Of a DNA stretch of 38,640 bases, positions 29,487-37,303 are shown in pieces (positions within the stretch are counted from its first letter, which is position 1; each line of letters begins with the position of its first letter). The notes beneath the pieces were generated by a model that was not told the origin of the DNA, searched no databases, and saw only the letters and a program-made list of their open reading frames with translations. The DNA comes from a virus (Duplodnaviria; Heunggongvirae; Uroviricota; Caudoviricetes), in IMG/VR virus record IMGVR_UViG_2671180892_000010; one strand, written 5' to 3'. Position numbers and translations under genes: made by a program.

Positions 29487-30136
29487 GCCGCCATCTCCCT
29501 GACCAGTTTTTCCGCCTGCTGGCGAACCTGCACCAGAAAGGCTTCACCACATGCCTCAAGTTCATCGCGCCCGATGTAGCTGATTGCCGGTCCCTTCCAG
29601 GTCTTGTCGAAAACAGCAATAGCACCAGCGAAGAAAGCGCCTGTCGGCACCTGCTTCTCATCCTTCGGGATAAACCAGGCAGGCAGTTCAAAACCAATAC
29701 GCCCGCGAATAAAAGCAATATGGTCCGCATCTTCCGGCCACCACACTTCGCTGGTGGCAGCTTTGATCAGGAAAACATAGCGCCCGCCCTTATCACGCAT
29801 GGCACTGGCATGTTTCATGATGTAACGCATGCCGGTGATGTATTGCCCCTCATGCTGACTGGCGCGGCTGTATGGGGGATTACCAAAGGCAGCACCTTTA
29901 AGCTCCGCAAGACGTTCTGACCAGTCATGCGCCAGCGCGTTATCTTCCGCCGTGTAATACGCGGCACATTTGGCGTTATCACCGTCAGTAAACAGATCCA
30001 GAACAAACGGGCCAAACAGGGTGTTAATTCCCCAGAAAATGTTGTCCGGCGTGCGCCACTGATCGCCCACTTCCTTCAGTTCATGGGCTGGTTTGTTCCG
30101 CAGTTCCACCAGCGCCTGGCAATATTTATTACTCAT
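29483..30136 (-). CDS. phage Dam-type N6-adenine DNA methyltransferase
   Basis: NPPY catalytic motif (AFGNPPYS); start MSNKYCQALVELRNKPAHELKEVGDQWRTPD... Confidence 0.8.
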   Translation of the reverse strand: MSNKYCQALVELRNKPAHELKEVGDQWRTPDNIFWGINTLFGPFVLDLFTDGDNAKCAAYYTAEDNALAHDWSERLAELKGAAFGNPPYSRASQHEGQYITGMRYIMKHASAMRDKGGRYVFLIKAATSEVWWPEDADHIAFIRGRIGFELPAWFIPKDEKQVPTGAFFAGAIAVFDKTWKGPAISYIGRDELEACGEAFLVQVRQQAEKLVREMAA

Positions 30137-30630
30137 TAAGCCCCCACGTAATTCCCTGACAGATACCACTCTTCACCCGATGCAGCGCGCTTGCTGCTTT
30201 TCCGTAAGCACCGCTCACGACGCGCCAGAAAATTGTTTCGTTCTGGCTGGGAGTGGCTTTCACGGAATGCCGCCATCCACACGGTTGCAGCACGACGGTA
30301 TAAGCCCCTGAACTCCAGTTCTTCAGCCTGGCGGGTCAGGCACAAAATCACCCGTGGATCGTTAGTGCCGACATAGAAATTGCGCACAGGTCTGGTTTCT
30401 CGAACTGGTTGTGGTTCCGGTTCCTGCGCTCTCTCAGTCAGGCGCGGGAAATGTCTGCGTGTATCTCCTTCACAACGGTGAGCCACACGCCCACTCTGAC
30501 GTAACTTGCTTGCTGACTGCAGAACGCGCTGCCGTGAGTAACCTGCAAAAGCATCCGCAATGTCTCCGGAAGTACACCCCGGATGGGCTTCAATGAATTT
30601 CTGAACTTCATTCAAAAGACTCATGATCAC
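30136..30630 (-). CDS. PerC-family putative transcriptional regulator
   Basis: C-terminal ...AEELEFRGLYRRAATVWMAAF... resembles the PerC signature; 164 aa, the same size as K-12 YfdN as far as recalled. Confidence 0.45.
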   Translation of the reverse strand: MIMSLLNEVQKFIEAHPGCTSGDIADAFAGYSRQRVLQSASKLRQSGRVAHRCEGDTRRHFPRLTERAQEPEPQPVRETRPVRNFYVGTNDPRVILCLTRQAEELEFRGLYRRAATVWMAAFRESHSQPERNNFLARRERCLRKSSKRAASGEEWYLSGNYVGA

Positions 30631-31457
30631 CCCCTGAATCCTGCCGGGATCTGGCTGTAGTCCACGTTGTCGTAACTGGCTTTGAAGTACGGGTCCTCGC
30701 GTCTGGCTGCAGATACCGCAGGAACTTCCCAGGATTCTTCGAAATGACGATCCGGACCAAAGAACGTGACAGCCTGTTTCACAAATTGTGTGCCGCTGTT
30801 ACCCATCGCAGATACCCAGCCCGCGTAGCGTTTCACACCTTCCAGCATGGTTTCGGGTTTTACCCCCTCATTCAAACGAGCTTTCCAGGCTTTGAAGGCT
30901 GCAGATTTTGAATTGCCACCAGCACGTTTGGGGTATGCCAGCCATGCCTGCTCAAACTCCGGAGAGTATTCCGGTCGGTTTGAACGAACTCGCACGGACT
31001 CATCAGCAGATGCACCAACAGCTATTGGTTCATTGACTGGTTCTTTGACTGGTTCTTTGACTGGTTCAAAAGAGTGACTGGTTCTGGGTGAATCTCCTGC
31101 ACCACCCCCTGGTGCAACTCCTGCACTACCTGGTGAATTTGCTGCACCAGATAGTGAATTATTTGCACTACCCCCTAGTGAATCTCCTGCACCATCAAGA
31201 TGAAGGAGATAGATATTACTTGAGTTACCTTTTTCACCTTTCCGGGTGACTTTTTTTACCAGCCCGGAATCACAAAGGGCCGCAATATGATTCATCACAG
31301 AACGTTTGCTAATCTCGCACTGGTCAGCAATATGCTGGTAGCTGGGCCAGCACTCGCCCTGATCGCTGGCATTATCAGCCAGCTTGATCAGAACCAGTTT
31401 TCGCAATGGATTACCCACTCGAATTTTCATCGCTTTAACCATCAGCTCCATACTCAT
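30627..31457 (-). CDS. putative replication initiation protein (N-terminal winged helix, low-complexity linker, C-terminal domain)
   Basis: N-terminal ...LRKLVLIKLADNASDQGECWPSYQHIADQCEISKRSVMNHIAALCDSGLVKKV... helix-turn-helix; iteron-like DNA repeats lie inside the gene. Confidence 0.6.
   Translation of the reverse strand: MSMELMVKAMKIRVGNPLRKLVLIKLADNASDQGECWPSYQHIADQCEISKRSVMNHIAALCDSGLVKKVTRKGEKGNSSNIYLLHLDGAGDSLGGSANNSLSGAANSPGSAGVAPGGGAGDSPRTSHSFEPVKEPVKEPVNEPIAVGASADESVRVRSNRPEYSPEFEQAWLAYPKRAGGNSKSAAFKAWKARLNEGVKPETMLEGVKRYAGWVSAMGNSGTQFVKQAVTFFGPDRHFEESWEVPAVSAARREDPYFKASYDNVDYSQIPAGFRG
31030..31200. repeat. iteron-like tandem repeats inside the replication gene (candidate ori)
   Basis: Four 12-bp units (TTGACTGGTTC) from 31033 to 31084, then five ~21-bp units (GTGAAT...TGCAC...) to 31196, followed by an AT-rich stretch to about 31260. 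Confidence 0.5.
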
Positions 31458-31690
31458 GCTGCACCTCCGAGATGCTTCATGTTTTTTCCGGAGCGAAAGG
31501 CTATAAGCGGCATACTGACGCGGTAATTACGGCCCAGCGGTTCACAAATCACCTTCTGACATTCACGGTCAACCAGGCTGACACGTAGAACATGCCCTGC
31601 TGGCGTGGTGTACCACTGCCCAACTGTGGGTGTTGATATTTTTTTACGCTGAAATAAACGGTAAATGTTGAGGAGCAACGGATTAAGCAT
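31454..31690 (-). CDS. hypothetical protein, 78 aa
   Basis: ORF with start and stop overlapping both neighbours; no recognisable motifs. Confidence 0.4.
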   Translation of the reverse strand: MLNPLLLNIYRLFQRKKISTPTVGQWYTTPAGHVLRVSLVDRECQKVICEPLGRNYRVSMPLIAFRSGKNMKHLGGAA

Positions 31691-32519
31691 GACGATGCCC
31701 TCCGCTGATATTCAGGAGACGGTGAATATGAAAATTAGCCTTATCCGCCAGACGAATACGTTCAGCTTGCAAGTTAAGAAGGGTTTCTACCAGAACCTGA
31801 TGTGCCTGCGGATCCGAAAGAGTTACCTTGCGCAGAGCACGTAGTGCAGTTGTTACATAACTGAGTTTATGTAAGTCTTCATCATTCAGACGAGTGAGGG
31901 CTGGGACAGTAGCCATGATGGCAGCCTCCTTGATCGGTGAAATACTTCCACCACCGGAAACGCCAATTTCGCTGGTGGTGAACTGAACGGGGTTGGCGTA
32001 ACCGGTGATCAAGGAAACCGGCGCATCTTTCGATGCCCCCGCCCAGCCCACCATAACTTTGATGTGAGCAAATGCGGACGATAAAAAAGACGCTGGCGCG
32101 TCATATATCGCCTTGATCAATTCCAGGACGCCAATCCCGGCACCCGCTTTATAAGGTGCCTGAACAGTGTAACGTCCCGGAATGGCAGAATCAATGTGCT
32201 GGTGGTCCTTCACACTCAACAAAATCACGCCTGAATTTCCACAAAGGACTAAAGCACTCATGCGGGTAGTCTTTGCGAAGATAGATAACGCGCTGTGTTT
32301 CTGGCTCCCAACGAATAACATGAACATAAAGTCCTCTTCCGTCACGAAACCAGCGGTTAAGTTCCTGCACAACTCGCCCCCCACAGTCAGGTAAAGTTCT
32401 CTGTGGTTACTTACAGCCAGGTGATTTGGTAATCTGCATTCATGCCGTAACAACAGGTGTTCAGCGACGCTGACCACCAGCTGTTGCGACAAACGGTTAT
32501 TTGCCGTTAAACTGTTCAT
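31683..32519 (-). CDS. hypothetical protein, 278 aa, unknown function
   Basis: ATGA overlap with the upstream gene; Gly-rich segments (VLCGNSGVILLS, GAGIGVLELI, GVSGGGSIS) but no Walker A motif or other recognised catalytic motif. Confidence 0.5.
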   Translation of the reverse strand: MNSLTANNRLSQQLVVSVAEHLLLRHECRLPNHLAVSNHRELYLTVGGELCRNLTAGFVTEEDFMFMLFVGSQKHSALSIFAKTTRMSALVLCGNSGVILLSVKDHQHIDSAIPGRYTVQAPYKAGAGIGVLELIKAIYDAPASFLSSAFAHIKVMVGWAGASKDAPVSLITGYANPVQFTTSEIGVSGGGSISPIKEAAIMATVPALTRLNDEDLHKLSYVTTALRALRKVTLSDPQAHQVLVETLLNLQAERIRLADKANFHIHRLLNISGGHRHA

Positions 32520-33079
32520 GCGTTAGTTTCTCCACAGACACAAAACGCCACGACGCCCGGAGCTGCACACTCGCGGGCGTCACTCTTTTCTGGAGCGCAA
32601 AAGATTTTGTAGACCAGTGCTGCATGCTCCTGGAGCTTCGAAATTGACAGATACAACTCATCATTAATTGCTGTCTGCTCGTGTGGCTCCACTACCCCAT
32701 CTTCGATTGCCGAACGAATCTGCTTTGAGTAACTCCCGATCTGTTCGATGACTTCCAGCAGGCGCTGGTTTATATCGGCGTTCTCTACTTCCTCAATTTC
32801 AGGAAGCGATACAAACACCCCACCAGCAGACTGTGCGACAGCATCCGCAATGTAGTGAGTGCCAGCCGCGCGCTGTAAAATCATTGCCCATCCCAGCGGG
32901 AAAATCTGATCGCCATCTGCACGAAGGCGGTTGAATAAAGCGTTCTCTGTTACATCCAGCCACTCAGCAGCTTCAGCGTAACCCCCCGGCAACGCCGCGA
33001 TAGTTTTTCTGACAGCTTTCACGTACCACTCAGGCTGTTTTTCTACTTTCCAGTGATGCTTACCCACGGTTAGCCTCAT
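32516..33079 (-). CDS. hypothetical protein, 187 aa, in the cII slot (possible YdaT-like regulator)
   Basis: First gene after cro; assigned by position only, sequence not confidently matched to any family. Confidence 0.45.
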   Translation of the reverse strand: MRLTVGKHHWKVEKQPEWYVKAVRKTIAALPGGYAEAAEWLDVTENALFNRLRADGDQIFPLGWAMILQRAAGTHYIADAVAQSAGGVFVSLPEIEEVENADINQRLLEVIEQIGSYSKQIRSAIEDGVVEPHEQTAINDELYLSISKLQEHAALVYKIFCAPEKSDARECAAPGVVAFCVCGETNA

Positions 33080-33110
33080 CGTTCTGTGGTTAAAAATTGA
33101 AGGTGTTCTG

Positions 33111-33311
33111 TTAATCTTTCGGATAGATATCCGGTCTTAAGTCAGATTTCGTAATTGCACCTGACGTGCATTGCTCAAGTTTTTTAGCCAGCACAAAACT
33201 GGCTTTTTTATAACCATTGAAAACCAGCCGTAAGTAGCCTGGTGTTGAGCCAACTTTTCCGGCCAACTCGCCCTGCTGTTCTTTGGTTAAAGAGTCCCAA
33301 TACGCTTTCAT
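33111..33311 (-). CDS. cro: Cro-like repressor (YdaS/Cro family helix-turn-helix)
   Basis: MKAYWDSLTKEQQGELAGKVGSTPGYLRLVFNGYKKASFVLAKKLEQCTSGAITKSDL...; ATG at 33311 with a GGAGGT RBS; divergent from cI. The longer track ORF to 33614 overlaps the operators and the cI start. Confidence 0.7.
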   Translation of the reverse strand: MKAYWDSLTKEQQGELAGKVGSTPGYLRLVFNGYKKASFVLAKKLEQCTSGAITKSDLRPDIYPKD

Positions 33312-33401
33312 ACAATATGTACCTCCGGTATACATATTACATGATTGAGATGAACCTTCAAGATACTTGTACCTTATCGGTACAAAGGTTTTAATTTCTT
33401 T
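33312..33401. promoter_or_regulatory. cI-cro intergenic control region (candidate OR operators, PR and PRM)
   Basis: Inverted repeats AATATGTA-N9-TACATATT (33314..33338) and TTGTACC-N5-GGTACAA (33367..33385); minus-strand TTGAAG-N16-TAATAT candidate PR; cI ATG at 33402 has no Shine-Dalgarno sequence. Confidence 0.55.
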
Positions 33402-34076
33402 ATGAAAACAGTCCATGACATCCGGCGGTCTAACGCCAGAAAACTGAGAGATGGTGTTGGCGGGAATTCTTCCTTTGCCACCATGATTGATCGCGAGCCA
33501 ACCCAGACCAGCAGGTTTATGGGAGATGGTGCTACTAAAAATATCGGTGACAGCATGGCACGGCACATCGAAAAATGTTTCGACCTGCCTGTCGGATGGC
33601 TTGATCAAGAACACCAGACAACAAACATCACAAAAAAACCTGATGTTTCAATTACTAACAAACAAATAACGTTAGTCCCTGTCATATCATGGGTACAGGC
33701 CGGAGCATGGAAAGAAGTTGGCTATTCTGAGGTTGATTTGAGCACAGCAGAAACTTATCCCTGCCCTGTACCCTGTGGCGAAATGACTTATATCTTGCGG
33801 GTGATTGGTGATTCAATGATTGATGAGTACCGCCCGGGAGACATGATTTTTGTAGATCCTGAAGTCCCTGCCTGCCACGGTGACGACGTTATTGCATTGA
33901 TGCACGATACAGGCGAAACCACCTTTAAGCGGTTGATAGAAGATGGAACACAGCGTTACCTCAAAGCATTAAACCCAAACTGGCCTGAACCTTACATTAA
34001 GATCAACGGTAATTGCTCTATAATTGGCACAGTAATTTTCTCAGGAAAACCAAGAAGATACAAAATAAAGGCCTAA
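33402..34076 (+). CDS. cI: CI-like prophage repressor (helix-turn-helix plus S24 LexA-like peptidase domain)
   Basis: 224 aa; C-terminal ...LRVIGDSMIDEYRPGDMIFVDPEVP... autocleavage domain; divergent from cro. Confidence 0.88.
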   Translation: MKTVHDIRRSNARKLRDGVGGNSSFATMIDREPTQTSRFMGDGATKNIGDSMARHIEKCFDLPVGWLDQEHQTTNITKKPDVSITNKQITLVPVISWVQAGAWKEVGYSEVDLSTAETYPCPVPCGEMTYILRVIGDSMIDEYRPGDMIFVDPEVPACHGDDVIALMHDTGETTFKRLIEDGTQRYLKALNPNWPEPYIKINGNCSIIGTVIFSGKPRRYKIKA

Positions 34077-34087
34077 TCAATATTTAT

Positions 34088-34110
34088 AACCTGCTTCGGC
34101 AGGTTTTTTT
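34088..34110 (+). terminator. intrinsic terminator after cI
   Basis: AACCTGC-TTCG-GCAGGTT followed by TTTTTTT (UUCG tetraloop). Confidence 0.85.
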
Positions 34111-34114
34111 ATAC

Positions 34115-34147
34115 TTGACAATGTACCCTTGAGATACATAATGTATC
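34115..34147 (+). promoter_or_regulatory. PL-like promoter with overlapping palindromic operator
   Basis: TTGACA (34115..34120), 16-nt spacer, CATAAT (34137..34142); perfect 15-bp palindrome GATACATAATGTATC (34133..34147) overlaps the -10. Confidence 0.6.
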
Positions 34148-34577
34148 TAAAAGAAACATGTCACAGGCAAGATTAAACAAAATTTGGTTGTAACACGGCG
34201 TATGGCACATGCGTCGTTAGCGGTCTGGGGACGTTAAAGGGGACAATCCACTCCTTGCTCGGGCAAACAAACCAGGTAGCCGGAATGTGCAAGTCAATGA
34301 TGATGCTGATAAGACGCCTAACCAGCGTGGCGATCCGGTTTGACGCCTGGGAAGAGACCAGGGTGCAACGATGAGGGCATTTATGGAGCCGCGACAAAGT
34401 GTGGTGCCGTAACTGGCTAAGTGCTCTCAGCGTTGTGGTGAATGCGCAGGCTGATGCGCGAAAGACATTGCAGCTAATGCGGAAAAGAGCTGTTCGGCGG
34501 GGCAATTAAACGCCCGAGAGAGTCTGAAATAACCGCAAGCCGGAGATCAGCACCGGTCACCACAACAGCCACTGCTT

Positions 34578-34626
34578 TGGCGGTACCAGTTTGTACACTT
34601 GCTTCCGGCTGGTACCGCTCTTTTTA
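34578..34626 (+). terminator. candidate intrinsic terminator (tL-like) upstream of the early-left genes
   Basis: 10-bp stem GCGGTACCAG / CTGGTACCGC with a 19-nt loop, followed by TCTTTTT. Confidence 0.5.
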
Positions 34627-34762
34627 CAAAACAGAGAAGAGCATCACCGGACGACGGGCTCATAACCCAATCCATCCGGGCTGCTGCCACCGCAGGTGTT
34701 CTTCTCTGTTTTGTGGAGAAACCAACCGACCTTGCAGGGTCGATATGATGAGGAGCAGCAAA

Positions 34763-35125
34763 ATGGCTAGCGAACGCAGTACTGATGTGCAGGCATTTAT
34801 CGGGGAGCTGGACGGCGGCGTATTTGAAACCAAAATCGGCGCAGTTCTCAGTGAAGTCGCTTCAGGTGTGATGAACACGAAAACCAAAGGTAAGGTCTCA
34901 CTCAACCTGGAAATCGAACCATTTGATGAGAACCGTGTGAAAATCAAACACAAACTCTCATATGTTCGCCCGACTAACCGCGGGAAAATTTCCGAAGAAG
35001 ACACCACCGAAACGCCGATGTATGTCAATCGCGGTGGTCGCCTGACTATTCTGCAGGAAGACCAGGGACAATTACTGACTCTTGCCGGTGAACCTGACGG
35101 AAAACTCCGCGCAGCAGGTCATTAA
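34763..35125 (+). CDS. hypothetical early protein (size and synteny consistent with YfdP)
   Basis: 120 aa from the ATG at 34763 (MASERSTDVQAFIGELDGGVF...), AGGAG RBS; the track ORF from 34577 is an in-frame extension through the terminator. Confidence 0.55.
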   Translation: MASERSTDVQAFIGELDGGVFETKIGAVLSEVASGVMNTKTKGKVSLNLEIEPFDENRVKIKHKLSYVRPTNRGKISEEDTTETPMYVNRGGRLTILQEDQGQLLTLAGEPDGKLRAAGH

Positions 35126-35190
35126 TACCGTTCTTAATTAACCGATTATTTATCTCATCACTGAATATCTTTATATAGTGAGGACTTATT

Positions 35191-36015
35191 ATGTCTCAGA
35201 ACTTAGACGCAACCGCAATTAATCAAATCCATGCCCTTATTTCTGCTCAGGGTGTTAATGAAATTATCAGTAAGATTGGTGCCGATGCTGTGGCATTGCC
35301 TGAGAATTTCCGCATTCATGATCTGGAAAAATTTAATTTAAATCGCTTCCGTTTCCGTGGTGCGCTTTCCACTGCCAGCATCGATGACTTTACCCGTTAT
35401 TCTAAAGATCTTGCAGATGAAGGCACCCGCTGCTTTATCGATGCCGATAATATGCGAGCAGTCAGTGTGCTTAACCTGGGTACTATTGATGAACCAGGTC
35501 ACGCAGATAACACCGCCACTCTCAAACTGAAAAAGACAGCACCGTTCTCTGCCCTGTTGTCTGTTAACGGCGAGCGTAACTCCCAGAAGTCACTGGCAGA
35601 ATGGATTGAAGACTGGGCCGACTACCTTGTGGGCTTTGATGCTAATGGTGACGCCATTCAGGCAACCAAAGCGGCTGCGGCGATCCGTAAAATCACAATT
35701 GAAGCGAACCAGACCGCTGATTTTGAAGACAATGACTTCAGCGGCAAACGCTCCCTGATGGAGTCTGTCGAAGCGAAGACCAAAGACATTATGCCAGTGG
35801 CATTTGAATTTAAATGCGTTCCGTTTGAAGGCCTGAAAGAACGTCCGTTTAAATTACGCCTCAGCATTATCACTGGCGATCGTCCTGTACTGGTTCTGCG
35901 CATTATTCAGCTGGAAGCGGTGCAGGAAGAAATGGCTAACGAATTTCGTGATCTGCTTGTTGAGAAATTTAAAGACAGCAAAGTAGAAACCTTTATTGGT
36001 ACTTTCACCGCCTGA
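35191..36015 (+). CDS. yfdQ: YfdQ-like protein (DUF2303)
   Basis: 274 aa, [21 protein letters not shown]...; length and neighbourhood match the CPS-53 yfdQ-yfdR-yfdS cluster. Confidence 0.7.
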   Translation: MSQNLDATAINQIHALISAQGVNEIISKIGADAVALPENFRIHDLEKFNLNRFRFRGALSTASIDDFTRYSKDLADEGTRCFIDADNMRAVSVLNLGTIDEPGHADNTATLKLKKTAPFSALLSVNGERNSQKSLAEWIEDWADYLVGFDANGDAIQATKAAAAIRKITIEANQTADFEDNDFSGKRSLMESVEAKTKDIMPVAFEFKCVPFEGLKERPFKLRLSIITGDRPVLVLRIIQLEAVQEEMANEFRDLLVEKFKDSKVETFIGTFTA

Positions 36016-36142
36016 TTTCATTACTGCAAATGCCCCTGCGGGGGCATTTATGGAAACATAATTTACTCAATAATCGCCGGATGGTGAGGGCTTCCTTTTA
36101 CCAGAATTCAGCGCGGTGCAGCGCATATACGTGGAGAACAAA

Positions 36143-36679
36143 ATGTCATTTATTAAAACTTTTTCCGGGAAGCATTTTTATTATGACAAGATAAATAAAG
36201 ACAACATCGTTATTAACGATATCGCGGTTTCCCTTTCAAATATCTGTCGCTTTGCAGGACATCTTTCACACTTCTACAGCGTCGCCCAACATGCGGTGCT
36301 TTGCAGCCAACTGGTACCGCAGGAATTTGCTTTTGAAGCGTTAATGCATGATGCAACAGAAGCGTATTGCCAGGATATTCCCGCTCCACTGAAACGCCTT
36401 CTTCCTGACTATAAACGGATGGAAGAAAAAATAGACGCCGTAATCCGTGAGAAATACGGGTTACCCCCGGTTATGAGCACGCCCGTGAAATATGCCGATC
36501 TCATCATGCTGGCAACTGAACGCCGCGATCTCGGGCTTGATGATGGCTCTTTCTGGCCTGTACTGGAAGGTATCCCGGCAACAGATATGTTCAAAGTTAT
36601 TCCACTGGCACCGGGCCATGCCTATGGGATGTTTATGGAACGTTTTAACGAGTTATCGGAGTTACGCAAATGCGCATGA
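36143..36679 (+). CDS. yfdR: HD-domain 5'-deoxynucleotidase YfdR-like
   Basis: 178 aa from MSFIKTF...; HD motif region ...AGHLSHFYSVAQHAVLCSQ... ...LMHDATEAYCQDIPAPLK... Confidence 0.75.
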   Translation: MSFIKTFSGKHFYYDKINKDNIVINDIAVSLSNICRFAGHLSHFYSVAQHAVLCSQLVPQEFAFEALMHDATEAYCQDIPAPLKRLLPDYKRMEEKIDAVIREKYGLPPVMSTPVKYADLIMLATERRDLGLDDGSFWPVLEGIPATDMFKVIPLAPGHAYGMFMERFNELSELRKCA

Positions 36680-37032
36680 ATGTTTTCGAAATGGAAGGGT
36701 TTCTTCGCGGGAAATGTGTACCGCGAGATCTGAAAGTGAACGAAACAAATGCTGAGTACCTGGTACGTAAATTCGACGCGCTTGAAGCTAAATGTGCGGC
36801 ACTGGAAAACAAAATAATACCAGTGTCAGCTGAACTGCCACCTGCAAATGAAAGTGTTCTGTTATTTGATGCTAACGGAGAAGGCTGGCTAATTGGCTGG
36901 CGTTCTCTCTGGTACACCTGGGGACAAAAAGAAACCGGAGAATGGCAGTGGACATTTCAGGTCGGGGACCTTGAAAACGTCAATATCACTCACTGGGCAG
37001 TAATGCCGAAAGCACCGGAGAATAAGAAATGA
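36670..37032 (+). CDS. DUF551-like protein (YfdS-like)
   Basis: 120 aa; Trp-rich C-terminus ...GEGWLIGWRSLWYTWGQKETGEWQWTFQVGDLENVNITHWAVMP. Confidence 0.55.
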   Translation: MRMNVFEMEGFLRGKCVPRDLKVNETNAEYLVRKFDALEAKCAALENKIIPVSAELPPANESVLLFDANGEGWLIGWRSLWYTWGQKETGEWQWTFQVGDLENVNITHWAVMPKAPENKK

Positions 37033-37244
37033 GCGTGATAAAAACTCATACAGGAATTGTTATTACCCGAAACGGTCCGCAGGTAAAAAAACTGCACCAG
37101 ACAAAGCGGATGTGGGTCGTCGGAAAAAACGAGTTTTACCACAAAGAAACCGGACGCCGCCACTTTGCAGAAAATACGCGCCGCCGACTGCTCCTGGACA
37201 GCATCAGGCCAATTAAACAGGTAGCAACCAGAGAACAAAATTAA
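37029..37244 (+). CDS. hypothetical protein, 71 aa
   Basis: ORF coupled to the preceding gene (4-nt overlap), basic; possibly YfdT-like. Confidence 0.4.
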   Translation: MSVIKTHTGIVITRNGPQVKKLHQTKRMWVVGKNEFYHKETGRRHFAENTRRRLLLDSIRPIKQVATREQN

Positions 37245-37303
37245 TTATCAGGACTGAAATTTGATATTACTGCCCGTGTGCAGCGGGCTAAGTGGAGAAA
37301 CAT

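Noticed and set aside
33111-33614. Full 167-aa track ORF as cro
   Set aside because: Its 5' part runs through the operator region and the divergent cI start; only the C-terminal 66 aa from the ATG at 33311 (with RBS) look like Cro.
34173-34505. 110-aa minus-strand ORF in the PL leader
   Set aside because: Arg/Cys/His-rich composition, no RBS, antisense to a promoter-driven leader; retained only as a caveat for the non-coding RNA hypothesis.
34577-34762. In-frame 5' extension of the yfdP-like ORF
   Set aside because: Would have to be translated through the terminator hairpin and the 14-bp inverted repeat; the ATG at 34763 with an AGGAG RBS is the better start.
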